From: Diplonema japonicum
Taxonomy: Eukaryota; Protista; Euglenozoa: Diplonemea
DNA length: 64,000 bases
Direction of reading: 5' to 3'
Assembly (NCBI GenBank): GCA_964019335.1
Contig: OZ025718.1
Coordinates: 248,001 to 312,000, forward strand
Under the pieces are notes generated by a model. It was given only the letters and a program-made list of their open reading frames with translations. It did not search any database and was not told the origin of the DNA. Position numbers and translations under genes: made by a program. The number at the start of each line of letters is the position of its first letter. Positions within the stretch are counted from its first letter, which is position 1. Below, piece after piece: positions 13,468 through 23,292 of the stretch.

Positions 13468-13592
13468 CGGACCTTAGAGATATGATTGCATTATTTATTA
13501 TTATCATTATTTCCCCCCCCCCCCTTTTCTTTCTTAACAGCGTGGCTCAGCACACTATATTTTAATTTTTTTTTTGCCAATTCCCCCCCCAC

Positions 13593-16016
13593 TTACTCAA
13601 CAACCACTTTCCGGGTTCCCGATGCCATAACCGCAGCACTTAGCAAAGCCACCTGATCACCAGCAGCAATGGCTTGCTCTTCAATAAGCTTCGTCTCAGT
13701 TTTCCTGAATGCCTCCCAATAATGCCCAGTCCAGCACCAGGATGTCTGATGATTCGGCTCGTTGCCCGTCTCGTGCTCCTCAGTGGCCGACAGCATCTTT
13801 AACGAGTTTACGTCCATTCCAGTAAGCCGCGAGACGCATAATTCGTACACAGTCAGCGTCCTAGAGAGGCCGACCAAATCCCAAGTCATTAAAGGCCGGA
13901 AGCAAACCCTTAGTTCAGACCTATAATTGCTGAAGTAATGTGTCATCGATGTTGGCGCATAGAGAACAGGTGTTGCCACATCCGAGGTGGAGTTTGCCAG
14001 GATTATGGACAGTTTTATAGGGGAACCCAGTACCGTTACAAATCGTTGAACGCTGGTGCCGACGGTGGCCGTTCCTACTTGCCCGCTGCACAGCCCGATG
14101 ACGTACCGGGCGTGCTCGTATTTTTTCGGTCCGACAAGCGACGTGAATTTCAAAGAATTCTCGAAATGCGTCACGGATTTCTTCACCGTGTTCCACCCCA
14201 CCGTCACCATCGCCCCCAACACCGTGACCACCGTCCCCGACGTCCTGTCCAGAGTGTGAACAATTTTACTTATATTGTCGTTCAACGCAAAGTACCCTTC
14301 ATCCTGAGCACCGGAAGGCGTTTTGACAGATATAGTAGCTACAGTAGCGTTGTTGATTAACTCGAACCTGCCTGTGATCATCGATTCGTTCCCGACAGTG
14401 GAGGTTGATGCTGATTCGGATACTGCTTTTTCTCTTTTGGCGCTGCTCATTACGCTGGGGGGCTTGGATTTCTGAGTTCCGTTAAGCCTGCTTTCAATCT
14501 GCTGCTTGCGGCCTCTCAGTTCCGGGGGGAGCAATAAAGTCAGTTGCAACGGTTTCGACACACCACGAAGCGGGACCAAACCGTAGGGAACCGTTATGTA
14601 CTGTAATGTTGTGCAGCCGTTGAGTGCTGCTATGACATCCTGTGTAACTGCGATACACCCGCCGACAGAGGCTCCTTCTACTCTTGCTGCTACGTTGACG
14701 GTGTTTCCAAAATAATCGAATCTGCCTGTTAAAGGGTTGAGCTCGGGTTCTACTGATCCATAGTTGATCCCGATACGAACGCGGAGGCCGGACCACACTT
14801 TGAAACAGTCTTGTCTGTCTTCTTGACAGTCTTCGAGTTCAAGGAGCTCCGGGGGCCAAGGAGCGTTTAGCAGGTCTGTTTGAATACCTAACGCGCAGCT
14901 CACAGCATCAGGTACGCTTTCAAAGGCCACCATGAACGCGTCGCCGATTGTTTTAACCTCGTAGCCCTTGCTTTGGTCAAGGTGGGAGCGGATCGTGTTG
15001 TTGTGGATTTTCAATGCTTTTTTCATTCCTTCAGGGCAGTCTTCCCATATTGCGGTGGAACCTTGGATGTCGGTGAACATAACGCTTACTTTCGACTCTC
15101 CTGGCGATGTTGTTCCAGGGGGGATTACACTTGTTGAGAAGCTCGCCACACCAGCCGATGTCGCCGAATCGTCTTCAAAAAGAGCATCTGGTAGGTAGGG
15201 TCTGTACAGAGTCAGGTTTCTAACGATATTGCTGAAAGCGTTGTGGAGTTGAATCGGGAGGTGTTGGTTGTTGGTTTTGGCTAGCTCCGCCTTGGCGGAC
15301 TCGAGGTCGAATTTTGACAGCGCCATTGCAATTTTTTCAGCGGTGTGGATCGACGCCTCGATCTTCTGGTTTTCTTTGTACAACCTCTCTGCAAAACCCC
15401 TCGTGAAGTAAAAATCCAACAAAAAAACAGTTACATAAATGCAATAGTCTTGTACCGAACCGAGTAGATTCGCGCATGGAAGTGTGTCGCATTTGAAAAC
15501 ATCTCTGCGGTCTGCTTGCGACGCAAAGCCAGGTAGGTCGTACAACCCAAATCGTACCGCGCTTTCAATCGCGGTCAATGTTAGGTATATGTATGTTATG
15601 AAGACGATGGTTTTGCTGAATGCACTGTCAACTCTTGTTACCAGCAACAGATCTATGACAATTACCAGGACCGGCCATCCTCTTGCGGTAGATGCTGTTG
15701 CAGTTGCCAAGTCGTATATGAGGAGGAGTGCTGTGCAGAACCCGCAGTATAGTTTGATGGCTAGTTCCGGCATTGTTCTTGTGTACAGTTCGAAGATAGT
15801 AAAGCCGACGCCGGTTGCCAGCCATACCAGTGAGAGCCATTTTGTGATGGGATGTATGGACACATGGAAGATTACTACGTTGACGGCAGCTGAGAAGATG
15901 CACCAGAGCAGCATCAGTTTCTTCGTTGCCAGAGTCGCATCGTCGTCCACCGGGAGCATCAGGTGGTCGGTCAAAACAATCTCTATCTTCTTTTTCGCGT
16001 TCATGAGAAGATCCAT
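13593..16016 (-). CDS. Multi-TM class III adenylate cyclase with degenerate second cyclase-like domain
   Basis: 807 aa; about 6 N-terminal hydrophobic helices; catalytic motifs FTDIQGST, YEVKTIGDAFM, RVRIG, DYFGNTVNVAARVE (K/D pattern of adenylyl specificity). The C-terminal cyclase-like region lacks the catalytic Asp motifs. Confidence 0.9.
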   Translation of the reverse strand: MDLLMNAKKKIEIVLTDHLMLPVDDDATLATKKLMLLWCIFSAAVNVVIFHVSIHPITKWLSLVWLATGVGFTIFELYTRTMPELAIKLYCGFCTALLLIYDLATATASTARGWPVLVIVIDLLLVTRVDSAFSKTIVFITYIYLTLTAIESAVRFGLYDLPGFASQADRRDVFKCDTLPCANLLGSVQDYCIYVTVFLLDFYFTRGFAERLYKENQKIEASIHTAEKIAMALSKFDLESAKAELAKTNNQHLPIQLHNAFSNIVRNLTLYRPYLPDALFEDDSATSAGVASFSTSVIPPGTTSPGESKVSVMFTDIQGSTAIWEDCPEGMKKALKIHNNTIRSHLDQSKGYEVKTIGDAFMVAFESVPDAVSCALGIQTDLLNAPWPPELLELEDCQEDRQDCFKVWSGLRVRIGINYGSVEPELNPLTGRFDYFGNTVNVAARVEGASVGGCIAVTQDVIAALNGCTTLQYITVPYGLVPLRGVSKPLQLTLLLPPELRGRKQQIESRLNGTQKSKPPSVMSSAKREKAVSESASTSTVGNESMITGRFELINNATVATISVKTPSGAQDEGYFALNDNISKIVHTLDRTSGTVVTVLGAMVTVGWNTVKKSVTHFENSLKFTSLVGPKKYEHARYVIGLCSGQVGTATVGTSVQRFVTVLGSPIKLSIILANSTSDVATPVLYAPTSMTHYFSNYRSELRVCFRPLMTWDLVGLSRTLTVYELCVSRLTGMDVNSLKMLSATEEHETGNEPNHQTSWCWTGHYWEAFRKTETKLIEEQAIAAGDQVALLSAAVMASGTRKVVVE

Positions 16017-16136
16017 TTTTTTTTTTTTTTTTAATGTGTACCAAAGGGACCAGAAACCCTTGCACCTTGATTTTTTTTTTTTGGGTGGGAAAATTAATTT
16101 TAAGGGGGGGAAAAGTTTTTATAAAAATATATATAT

Positions 16137-17164
16137 GGTCACCTCTCCGCTATTTGTCAATGCTTTTTTTCGAAAAATGCGAAAAAAACGCTTTTTTAAA
16201 TATTCACAAAAAGGGGGCAGCATGCAACCACAGGAAGTATGAAAGAAACGTATAAATAGTCCCGAAAACTCCGTTAAAGGGCTTGCTTTTGAGAAAAAAT
16301 ACAATGTGGAGGGATGAAACATAAAAATGAACCGAAATTCGGCTGTCACGAAACGGGGAAAATGCAGCAAATCCCGATTTATTCACCCAGAAACGCGCAG
16401 CATTTAACCATAGATCTCTTATTCAAAATTTTATTGACAATCTGCAGCCAAAGAGGGGTCCCACTGGAAGGTGCTTTTGTCTCCGTACGATCTTCGGTGG
16501 GCACTAGTGAGCCAATTTGTGTGCGTTTTTTGGCCTGTTTTTGGCCCTCCTGATTCAGGCAATAAAATTAGACTTTCTACACAGCGACACTTCTAAGTGC
16601 TTCAGAGTGCTCTTTTGGCCCAACAACACCATGAGGTACTTGTGGGGTGCTGTTGGGACTCTTGCAGCGGCTTTTCGGCATCTACTGCAAAGAGCCGGAG
16701 AAACGGTGGTTCAGAACAGCCCTTCTTGGACAAGGATGTCGACCCGAAGGACATCGTCAAGTTCTTTTCCTTGGACAACAGTGACACGCGTTTGTGTTAC
16801 AGAACACGAGAGTCCTTGAAGGGCTTCACGACTTCACAGTGTGTGACCCCAACAGCTTCGACTGCATGGCCTGAGGGAAGCTGGATAACAAGATACCGGT
16901 TCCCGTGGCGTATGAACACAGTTTGCACAACTTTGACATGGAATTAAAGGGAAAAGTAGTGTAAATCCTGCTTAATTTTCGCTGGGTTTAAAGAAAGTAA
17001 AAAAAAAATGACAGCACCTAGCCATGATTTCTTATTCAAAATTTTATGGAGCGCGATCTGGAGCAAATCCAGGCATGGCTTTTGATTTTTACACTTAAAG
17101 AAATATGAAATTTGCGGATGAAATTTGCGGGCAGTACTTTGTGACAAATAGCGGAGAGGTGACC
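16137..17164. mobile_element. Non-autonomous TIR element with ATAT target-site duplication
   Basis: Perfect 23-bp TIR GGTCACCTCTCCGCTATTTGTCA / TGACAAATAGCGGAGAGGTGACC; ATAT on both sides. Confidence 0.85.
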
Positions 17165-17264
17165 ATATAAAAAAACCCCGACTCTTTCTTTTTTTTTTTT
17201 TTTTTTTTTTAAGCACCCCTTTTTTTCAACCTTTTTTTTTTTTATTGTTTCTCTCTCCTTCTTT

Positions 17265-17375
17265 TTTTTTCAGTTTCTGTTTTTTTATGTATAACCGTCA
17301 GTGGGTTGTGTGAATCCAATTTCAAAAAAATTTAAAAAAAAATTGGAAAAAAGAAAAAACTGAAACGTCACATTA
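17265..17375 (-). promoter_or_regulatory. Atypical SECIS candidate in the selenoprotein 3' region
   Basis: GUGAC (17371-17367) and UGAA (17272-17269) can form the G.A quartet above a 13-bp helix with one mismatch. The apical region is oversized, and there is no clear helix I or AA loop. Confidence 0.3.
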
Positions 17376-17504
17376 TTTTTTTTTTTCTTCGTCCTTTTTT
17401 TTTTCTTCTTCTCCCCCATGAAAGTGGGGGAAGAAAAAAAAAAAAAAAGGGTAACGAAGGTGGGAGGGAAAAAAAAAAAAAAAAAAGGGAACAAAGGGGT
17501 GCCC

Positions 17505-17536
<32 letters not shown>

Positions 17537-17544
17537 TAGCCCCA

Positions 17545-18138
17545 TTACATCCTGGAAGAAAAAAAAAAAAAACTTTAACTCCTGTACTCATTTGGGTGTG
17601 AACAGGCCTCTTGGCAGGTGAACGGTGCCCTTGCTTCCTCGCAGGAAAACAGCATTGTGGTTTTATCAGCACATTCACAGAAACCAGACTGGTTCGAATA
17701 AATATCATCAGAGCACGAGGCGTCTTCGGTGGGGACGCGGGAAGACCGAGGGTTGCAGTTCGCAGTTTGCCTCCAGGCTACACATTGGGGGGTTTTTTTG
17801 AACTCACGAGCCTTAAAGGTCATTCGAGGTGTGGCCGTGGTTATGCCTTGTTGGTTAAGCAAACGCACGATTCCGTTTCCGTCATATCTAGACAGATCAA
17901 TACGCTGGCCTTCTTGCTTTCCATATTCGTTTATAAAATGCATGGTGGGTGGTGCCCCATTGATCCACTTGATTTCCAGGGCGGGAAATCTTTTCGACTC
18001 TGCCCCATGGAGGAATGACCTCACATGCGGCAGAGAGTTCAATCGTCACCCAGTGCAGGATTCCACCCTTGCGCCTATTATCTTTCCTTCCACCACACTT
18101 ACAAGTGCTACTGAAAGCACCGCCAAAAGGCGTGCCAT
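17545..18138 (-). CDS. SELENOM: Selenoprotein of the SelM/SelF(Sep15) family, CxxU, with C-terminal Cys-rich module (about 185 aa)
   Basis: Signal peptide MARLLAVLSVALVSVVEG, then ARVESCTG-[TGA 18048-18046]-RLNSLPHVRSFL...IKWINGAPPTMHF..YGK..RIDL, collinear with SelM/Sep15. A probable intron at 17552-17587 gives the C-terminus ...SHPNEM* (otherwise the stop is at 17575). Confidence 0.85.
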
Positions 18139-18199
18139 TTTTTTTTTTTTTTTTTTTTTTTCTTTGGCCTGATTTTTTTTTTTTTTTTTTTTTTTTAAT

Positions 18200-18520
18200 T
18201 TTTTTAACGTCAGTTTCACCCTCACCAACAGGGTATGTAGCCGTCTTGCCTTTTTCCTTATGAGTGTCAGGTCGCCACGTTCACCCACCAGCGACTTCGT
18301 TGTGCTGTTCTCAAAGTCCAGCGCAAGCTCTATCGTCGTGACCGTTGTTCTCCTCGGGCCCCGGTACCATTTGAGCTGCCTTAGCCATTTGACGATATCC
18401 TTTCCGTACTCGTTCATGAGCCCTCCCCCTACATTTGTCGTAGTTCACTCCATGTGGGTGTCGGGTGCTTTTTCCCTTCAGTGATCACTTCCCACGGATG
18501 GGTCGTGTATCTTTCCAGTG
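18200..18520 (-). mobile_element. Probable non-LTR retroelement ORF fragment
   Basis: 'KWLRQLKW...VTTIELALDFENSTTKSL...KKARRL' resembles C-terminal regions of protist RT/RNase H LINE ORFs (recalled similarity). There is an upstream stop and no clean gene structure. Confidence 0.35.
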
Positions 18521-18933
18521 CCCTCTAAAAAAAGAAAATTGGTGTGAAAGTGGGGGAATGGAATAGGAATATAATAGGGGGGGAAAGGGGTGGTGTCGTC
18601 CCAATGAAGAAAAAAAAAAATATAGAAAAAAAAAGGGGGTTTTTTTTCTTCTGAAAAATCAAAAAAAAAAATAGGAGGGGTTTTTTCATTGAAAAAAAAA
18701 AGAAGAGAAAAAAAAATAGCAAAACACTTTGGTCATCGGCTTGCTTTAACAAAACATAAAAAATGAGGGGGGGGGAGGGGTATTTTTTTTTTGTTTTAGC
18801 TACAGAAAAAAAAAAAGAGGGAAAAAAAAAAAGGAGGGGGGGAAAAAAAAACCGTTCGGAAAAAAGCAACGAGGGAAGGGGGTGGGGCAAAAAAAAAAAA
18901 AATACACTGACAAAAAAAAAAAAAAACCGGAAT

Positions 18934-18982
18934 CTAGCTCTCCTCACCAACAGTGGTGGCAGGCCTGATAAGGAAGATCCTG

Positions 18983-19013
<31 letters not shown>

Positions 19014-19876
19014 TTTCCTCCCCTCTTTTTTTTTTTTTTTTTCCCAACATACGGATCCCTTTGAACCTCGTCCGCACCATTTGTGGTCTCGATGGTGTGC
19101 CTCTCACCGACTGTACCAAGCACTCTGTCGGAAATTTGTTCCATTGTCTCAGAGGCAACGTAGGTGTGGGCACCCCTCTCGGGGTACTCAATGTGGCTGA
19201 AGAGAAGGTCGGAGCTGTCGTACACAGTGTCACCAAACATAATATTGTTGAGAAGGATCTTAGTCGTCTCGTCGAAAGTTATCTCGTTCTCCGTCATGTC
19301 GTGGAAAACCTTTTTTTTTTTTTTTTTTTTTTTTTTTTCTCATACCCTTGTTGCGACTTGCTTGCACCCAGGAGCATCACCAGCCAACCTCAACGCGTTC
19401 AAAAGCTGGTTGTACATCTCAGTGCTGAACATCTTTGCAACGTAAGCAAGTTTCTCCGCCTCAAGAGTTTGGATCTTCTTGTCCAGGGAGTCATATTCTG
19501 TCCTCCATGACGTCATGTCACCAGTAGACGCATTCTTCGTTTGTACGATTTTGCTGTTGATGCCGCACCTGTCCACCCATGTGTTGTATACGGTATCCCT
19601 CAGGGCATGGACAGGGAACATCATCTCCTCGTAAAACTGGACCATCTCTGCGAGAGACTTGAATTCGGTTGATAGGAACAGTGCTGCGCCGTTCTCGGAT
19701 TTGGCGATCTCGGTCCTCTGGCTCGTGGTGGCCTCCCTCAGCGCGGGGAGCTCCGATTCCAAGCTCGGGAGCTTTGCAAGCGCCGCGTAAGATTGCCCTT
19801 CCAAACCCGCCCACAGCATCGCCTTGTTCGACACTGCTACGCTCGTCGCCCACCTTCTCATTACTGATCGCATCAT
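18934..19876 (-). CDS. COIV: Euglenozoan-type cytochrome c oxidase subunit (trCOIV-like), 3 exons, 277 aa
   Basis: Introns 19310-19345 and 18980-19052 (GT-AG) restore the frame. Motifs FYEEMMFPVH, YNQLLNALRLAG and DSSDLLFSHIEYPERG match my recollection of kinetoplastid trCOIV; mitochondrial presequence. Confidence 0.75.
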
Positions 19877-19936
19877 TTTTTTTTTTTTCTTTTTTTTTCC
19901 TCTTATCACCCCCCTTTTTTTTTGTAATTCCCGGGG

Positions 19937-19989
<53 letters not shown>

Positions 19990-20021
19990 ACACTTTTTTT
20001 TTTTGATTTTTTTTTTTTTTT

Positions 20022-21385
20022 TCAAAGGTTGACGGCCTTCCCGACAGCATCCATGATGTTGTCATATCCTTTGTTTTCCAGTGCGATGTTCAGCTCCCGC
20101 TTCACCATAGGCACAGAACCGGGGCCATGGTTCATTAGTGCGGTGTTCATTTGGACTAGCGTGGCGCCGGCCTCGATTTTTTCCAGTGCGTCTGCTCCGC
20201 TGGAGACACCGCCGCCGCCGATGATGAGAACGCTTCCCTTCGTTCGCTTGTACAGGTCTTTGATGAGATTGGTGGACATTTCCTGACAGTTGTTTTCAAG
20301 AGAAGGGGGGAAATAATACCTTCGTCGGCGCCCCGTAGCACAGCCCGGGCTGTCTCGACAGGTAGTGGTACTCCAGCAAGCCGGGCCGCTCCACAGTACC
20401 GTTGCCCACAATCAAGCCGTCTAGTTTCTTGTCGACGGCGATTTTTGATATAATTTGTTTGTCTTGTTCGGTCATGTCGTATGATAACTGTTTTTTTTCT
20501 CTCTCTTTTTTTTTTTTTTTCTTCTTTTTTCAAACACCTTGAATAGAATTGGTTTGCGGTGCTCCTCAGGCAACCGGTTCCTGGCCGCTTCACAGGACCG
20601 CAGGAGGTCTTCGAGCCACGTTTTCGATGGGATTAAGTTGTCACCCTATTTTTTTTTTAAAAAAAAACTTTCCCCCCCCCCCCCCCCTTTACCTTTAACT
20701 TCGGCGACCCGAGGTTCACGGCAACGTAGTCAGCGTGTTCAGAAAACACCTTAACTCCGATCCTCGCGTCTTCAATGAGGTCGGTTGACACTTTATTCCT
20801 GGCAACATTGACACCCAGCAGACGGGAGTCCGCGGGGTAACCGAAGGCGGTTTCCCAATCGCAGTGCTGTTCCATGAAGAATGATGAGACAGCCATACCA
20901 CGGGAAGGGTTCCCCGCACGGCTGATCATCGCTTCGTCCGCCTTCACTCTGAAGATGCGGGGCAGCCCGTTGCCCGCTTGCTTCTGTGGTGTAACGCTTC
21001 CTACCTCAACACCGGAGTATCCTAGACCAAAACAACCATAGATGCACTCTCCATTTCGGTCGAAGCCGGGGCCTAGCATAATGGGATGGTCCAGGGATTT
21101 GCCGAGAGCCTTGAGGCTCAAGACAGGTGAGGTGGTTGAGTAGTCAAAGGGGCCTTTCCCCCTCCTTAGTATACTCACTGCTCGCCTCTCGACCCATTCT
21201 TCGTCGACAAAGCACCGCTTTACGCCGGGCATTAGCAAGTGTGTCCAAAACGCGCTCTCGCTGTCCTTCGCCCAGATGTACAGACCGGCCGACCCAATAG
21301 CCGAAAGCACCGCCGCTCGCATCCATCTCTCCGCGTTCGAGCCTGTTCTGAAGCTCGCCAGCCCTGTATTCGCTACATTTTGCAT
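20022..21385 (-). CDS. Class 2 (quinone) dihydroorotate dehydrogenase homologue with divergent active site, 4 exons, 409 aa
   Basis: Introns 20646-20692, 20488-20537 and 20283-20319. Motifs GFD, VEVGSVTP..Q.GN..PRIFR, ADY..VN..SP, IIGGGGVSSGADALEKIEAGATLVQ. Confidence 0.85.
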
Positions 21386-21624
21386 TTTTTTTCCCCCCTC
21401 TTTTTCCCTTTTTTTTTTTTTTTTTTTTTTTGAAGCCTTCAAAAAAAACAACAAACAAAAAAAAAAAAAAAAAAAAAACACTTTTACAAACTTGGAAGGG
21501 GTAAAGGGAGGGGGTTAAACATGGGGGCTTTTACACAAAATATTTTGAGGGGAAAAAAAAAAAAAAAGAAAAAAGAAAAAAAAAAAAAAAAAAGAGGGAG
21601 CGGGAAATAAAAAAAAAAAAAAAA

Positions 21625-22803
21625 TCACAAAGACATCTGTTCTAGCCCCCGCAAAAAGTGGTCGATCTCAGCGGTAGCGGAAACGTTGCTGATTGGGGCA
21701 GCGTGTTGAGCGGGCGGGTTGTTTGCAACGGAGTGGCTTCTCACAGAAGGCACGGGTGTCGTGAAGGCCGAAGGAGAGGCGTTTTGGGCATCAAAACCGC
21801 TGTCCTTCATCAACCGAAGAGATGACAGCAACCTGCGGTTAAGGGTTTTCACCTCACCCGCAAGCTTATCGTGCGCAGTCTTGAACGACGCTGACATAGA
21901 TGAAGCTTCGTCCGCGATTTTTGTAATGTCTGCCTCTGTGGAGGCTTGAAGCGTCCGGAACTTGCTTTGAAAAGTTTCCTGAACATTTCCAACCTGGCCC
22001 ATTATGGTGGAGTGGTAGTGCTTCAGAAGCGACGCGTACCTCGTGTCAAGGGCAGCTAGTTTTTGATCGATTTCTGTTTCGAAGGTACCGGACGACTCTT
22101 TACTCAGAGCCATGAAGTCCCTGTTGTATTTCTCCAAAGCCTCGACTTTTTCTTCCAATGAGGAGATGTTCTCGCATTTCTTTTCAAGTAATTCAACTCG
22201 TTTCCCCAAAACCTTTGCTTCGGTCTCGTCTTCGTTGAGTCGTGCGGCTAGCTCTGAGACACGCTTTTCTAATACTTGAACGCTTGTCTCGGAATGGCCT
22301 TGCGCGAGCTCCAAATCTTTTTTTAAATGGGAGATTTGAAGCATTGCACCTTCTACCCCGCCTTCACTGTGGTTTGCTCGATCTTCTACATGTGAGAGCT
22401 TCGCGGTGATTCTGGAGAGGTTGGCGGATGTGTCTTGCTGTCTCGATTCTAATTTGTCAATGTGGTTTTTTAGCACCGTAGATGCCTTGCTGCAGTCGCG
22501 TTGGTTGTCCTTCAAATCGTGTTCTAGATGATTGACAAGATCCACGAATCTCCCCAGTTTGCTTTCTAGAGACGTGAACACGGCTTGGTAGCTTTCTTGC
22601 ATATCTAGTTCAGTCATCTTTTCCGCTTTGCTAAGCAGACCTGCTGCTACTGAAATGTGTTCCTCTTCCTTTTCCACCCTGCTTGCGAACCTGTTTGCAG
22701 TCGCTTCTTGTAGAGACCGCAGATCGCCTTTGACCGCGAGCATTGCCTCCGCTGCTCTGTCGCCTCGTAACGGCCTCCCTGGGGAAAGGGCCAATGTGGA
22801 CAT
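21625..22803 (-). CDS. Coiled-coil protein of unknown function
   Basis: 392-aa ORF rich in L/E/K heptads, with an A-rich start context. Confidence 0.75.
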   Translation of the reverse strand: MSTLALSPGRPLRGDRAAEAMLAVKGDLRSLQEATANRFASRVEKEEEHISVAAGLLSKAEKMTELDMQESYQAVFTSLESKLGRFVDLVNHLEHDLKDNQRDCSKASTVLKNHIDKLESRQQDTSANLSRITAKLSHVEDRANHSEGGVEGAMLQISHLKKDLELAQGHSETSVQVLEKRVSELAARLNEDETEAKVLGKRVELLEKKCENISSLEEKVEALEKYNRDFMALSKESSGTFETEIDQKLAALDTRYASLLKHYHSTIMGQVGNVQETFQSKFRTLQASTEADITKIADEASSMSASFKTAHDKLAGEVKTLNRRLLSSLRLMKDSGFDAQNASPSAFTTPVPSVRSHSVANNPPAQHAAPISNVSATAEIDHFLRGLEQMSL

Positions 22804-22874
22804 TTTTCTTTTCTTTTTTTATTTCCCCCCTTGATGGTTGTATTTTCTATTTTATTTTATTTTTTTTCTTAAAA

Positions 22875-23292
22875 CTCACAACTCCCTTATGAGGGTGGAG
22901 ATGGGAACGACGCTGCTCCAAAGCCGCCGGTGGCAGATGAAACTATTAAGGTTTCTGCTTGACAAAAGCCTCTTCAACTGCTGAAGAGCGTCAATTCCAT
23001 CAAGTTCAATTCCTGCACCATCGAGACCACGAGACTTAGGATGTAAGATTTGACCGCACCAAAGAGCATTTTCCTGCGAAAATCAAGCGAAGCCCATCAT
23101 TGCATGCGTCTCAGAAAGTCCTCCCTCTTCGAATGTTCTACCTGTGGCAAGTGCCTCTGCCACACCTTGCTTTCGGCTTTACCACCTGAACGAGGACATC
23201 ACCGAGGATGATCTTCAGGAGCCCGAAACACCGACAAGTACCAGAAACTCACCGATAGGCCCCCGGACCCCTCCACTGGCCAGAGAGGTGTG
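22875..23292 (+). mobile_element. piggyBac transposase C-terminal relic
   Basis: Frameshifted fragments: HNSLM/GG.DGND, SRRWQMKLLRFLLDKSLFNC*, VRFDRTKEHFP, FECSTCGKCLC/PCFRLYH. These correspond to the end of the piggyBac DDE domain and its Cys-rich tail. Confidence 0.7.

Noticed and set aside
13239-13483. Possible MITE bounded by ATATCTCTAA/TTAGAGATAT
   Set aside because: The inverted match is too short and AT-rich to support.
17271-17290. CAGTTTCTGT resembling part of the euglenozoan spliced leader
   Set aside because: Only 10 nt match, on the antisense strand, with no rest of the leader or donor site.
18046-18048. UGA reassigned to Trp, or a pseudogene stop
   Set aside because: TGA terminates several neighbouring genes; the position matches the Sec site of the family and the rest of the frame is intact.
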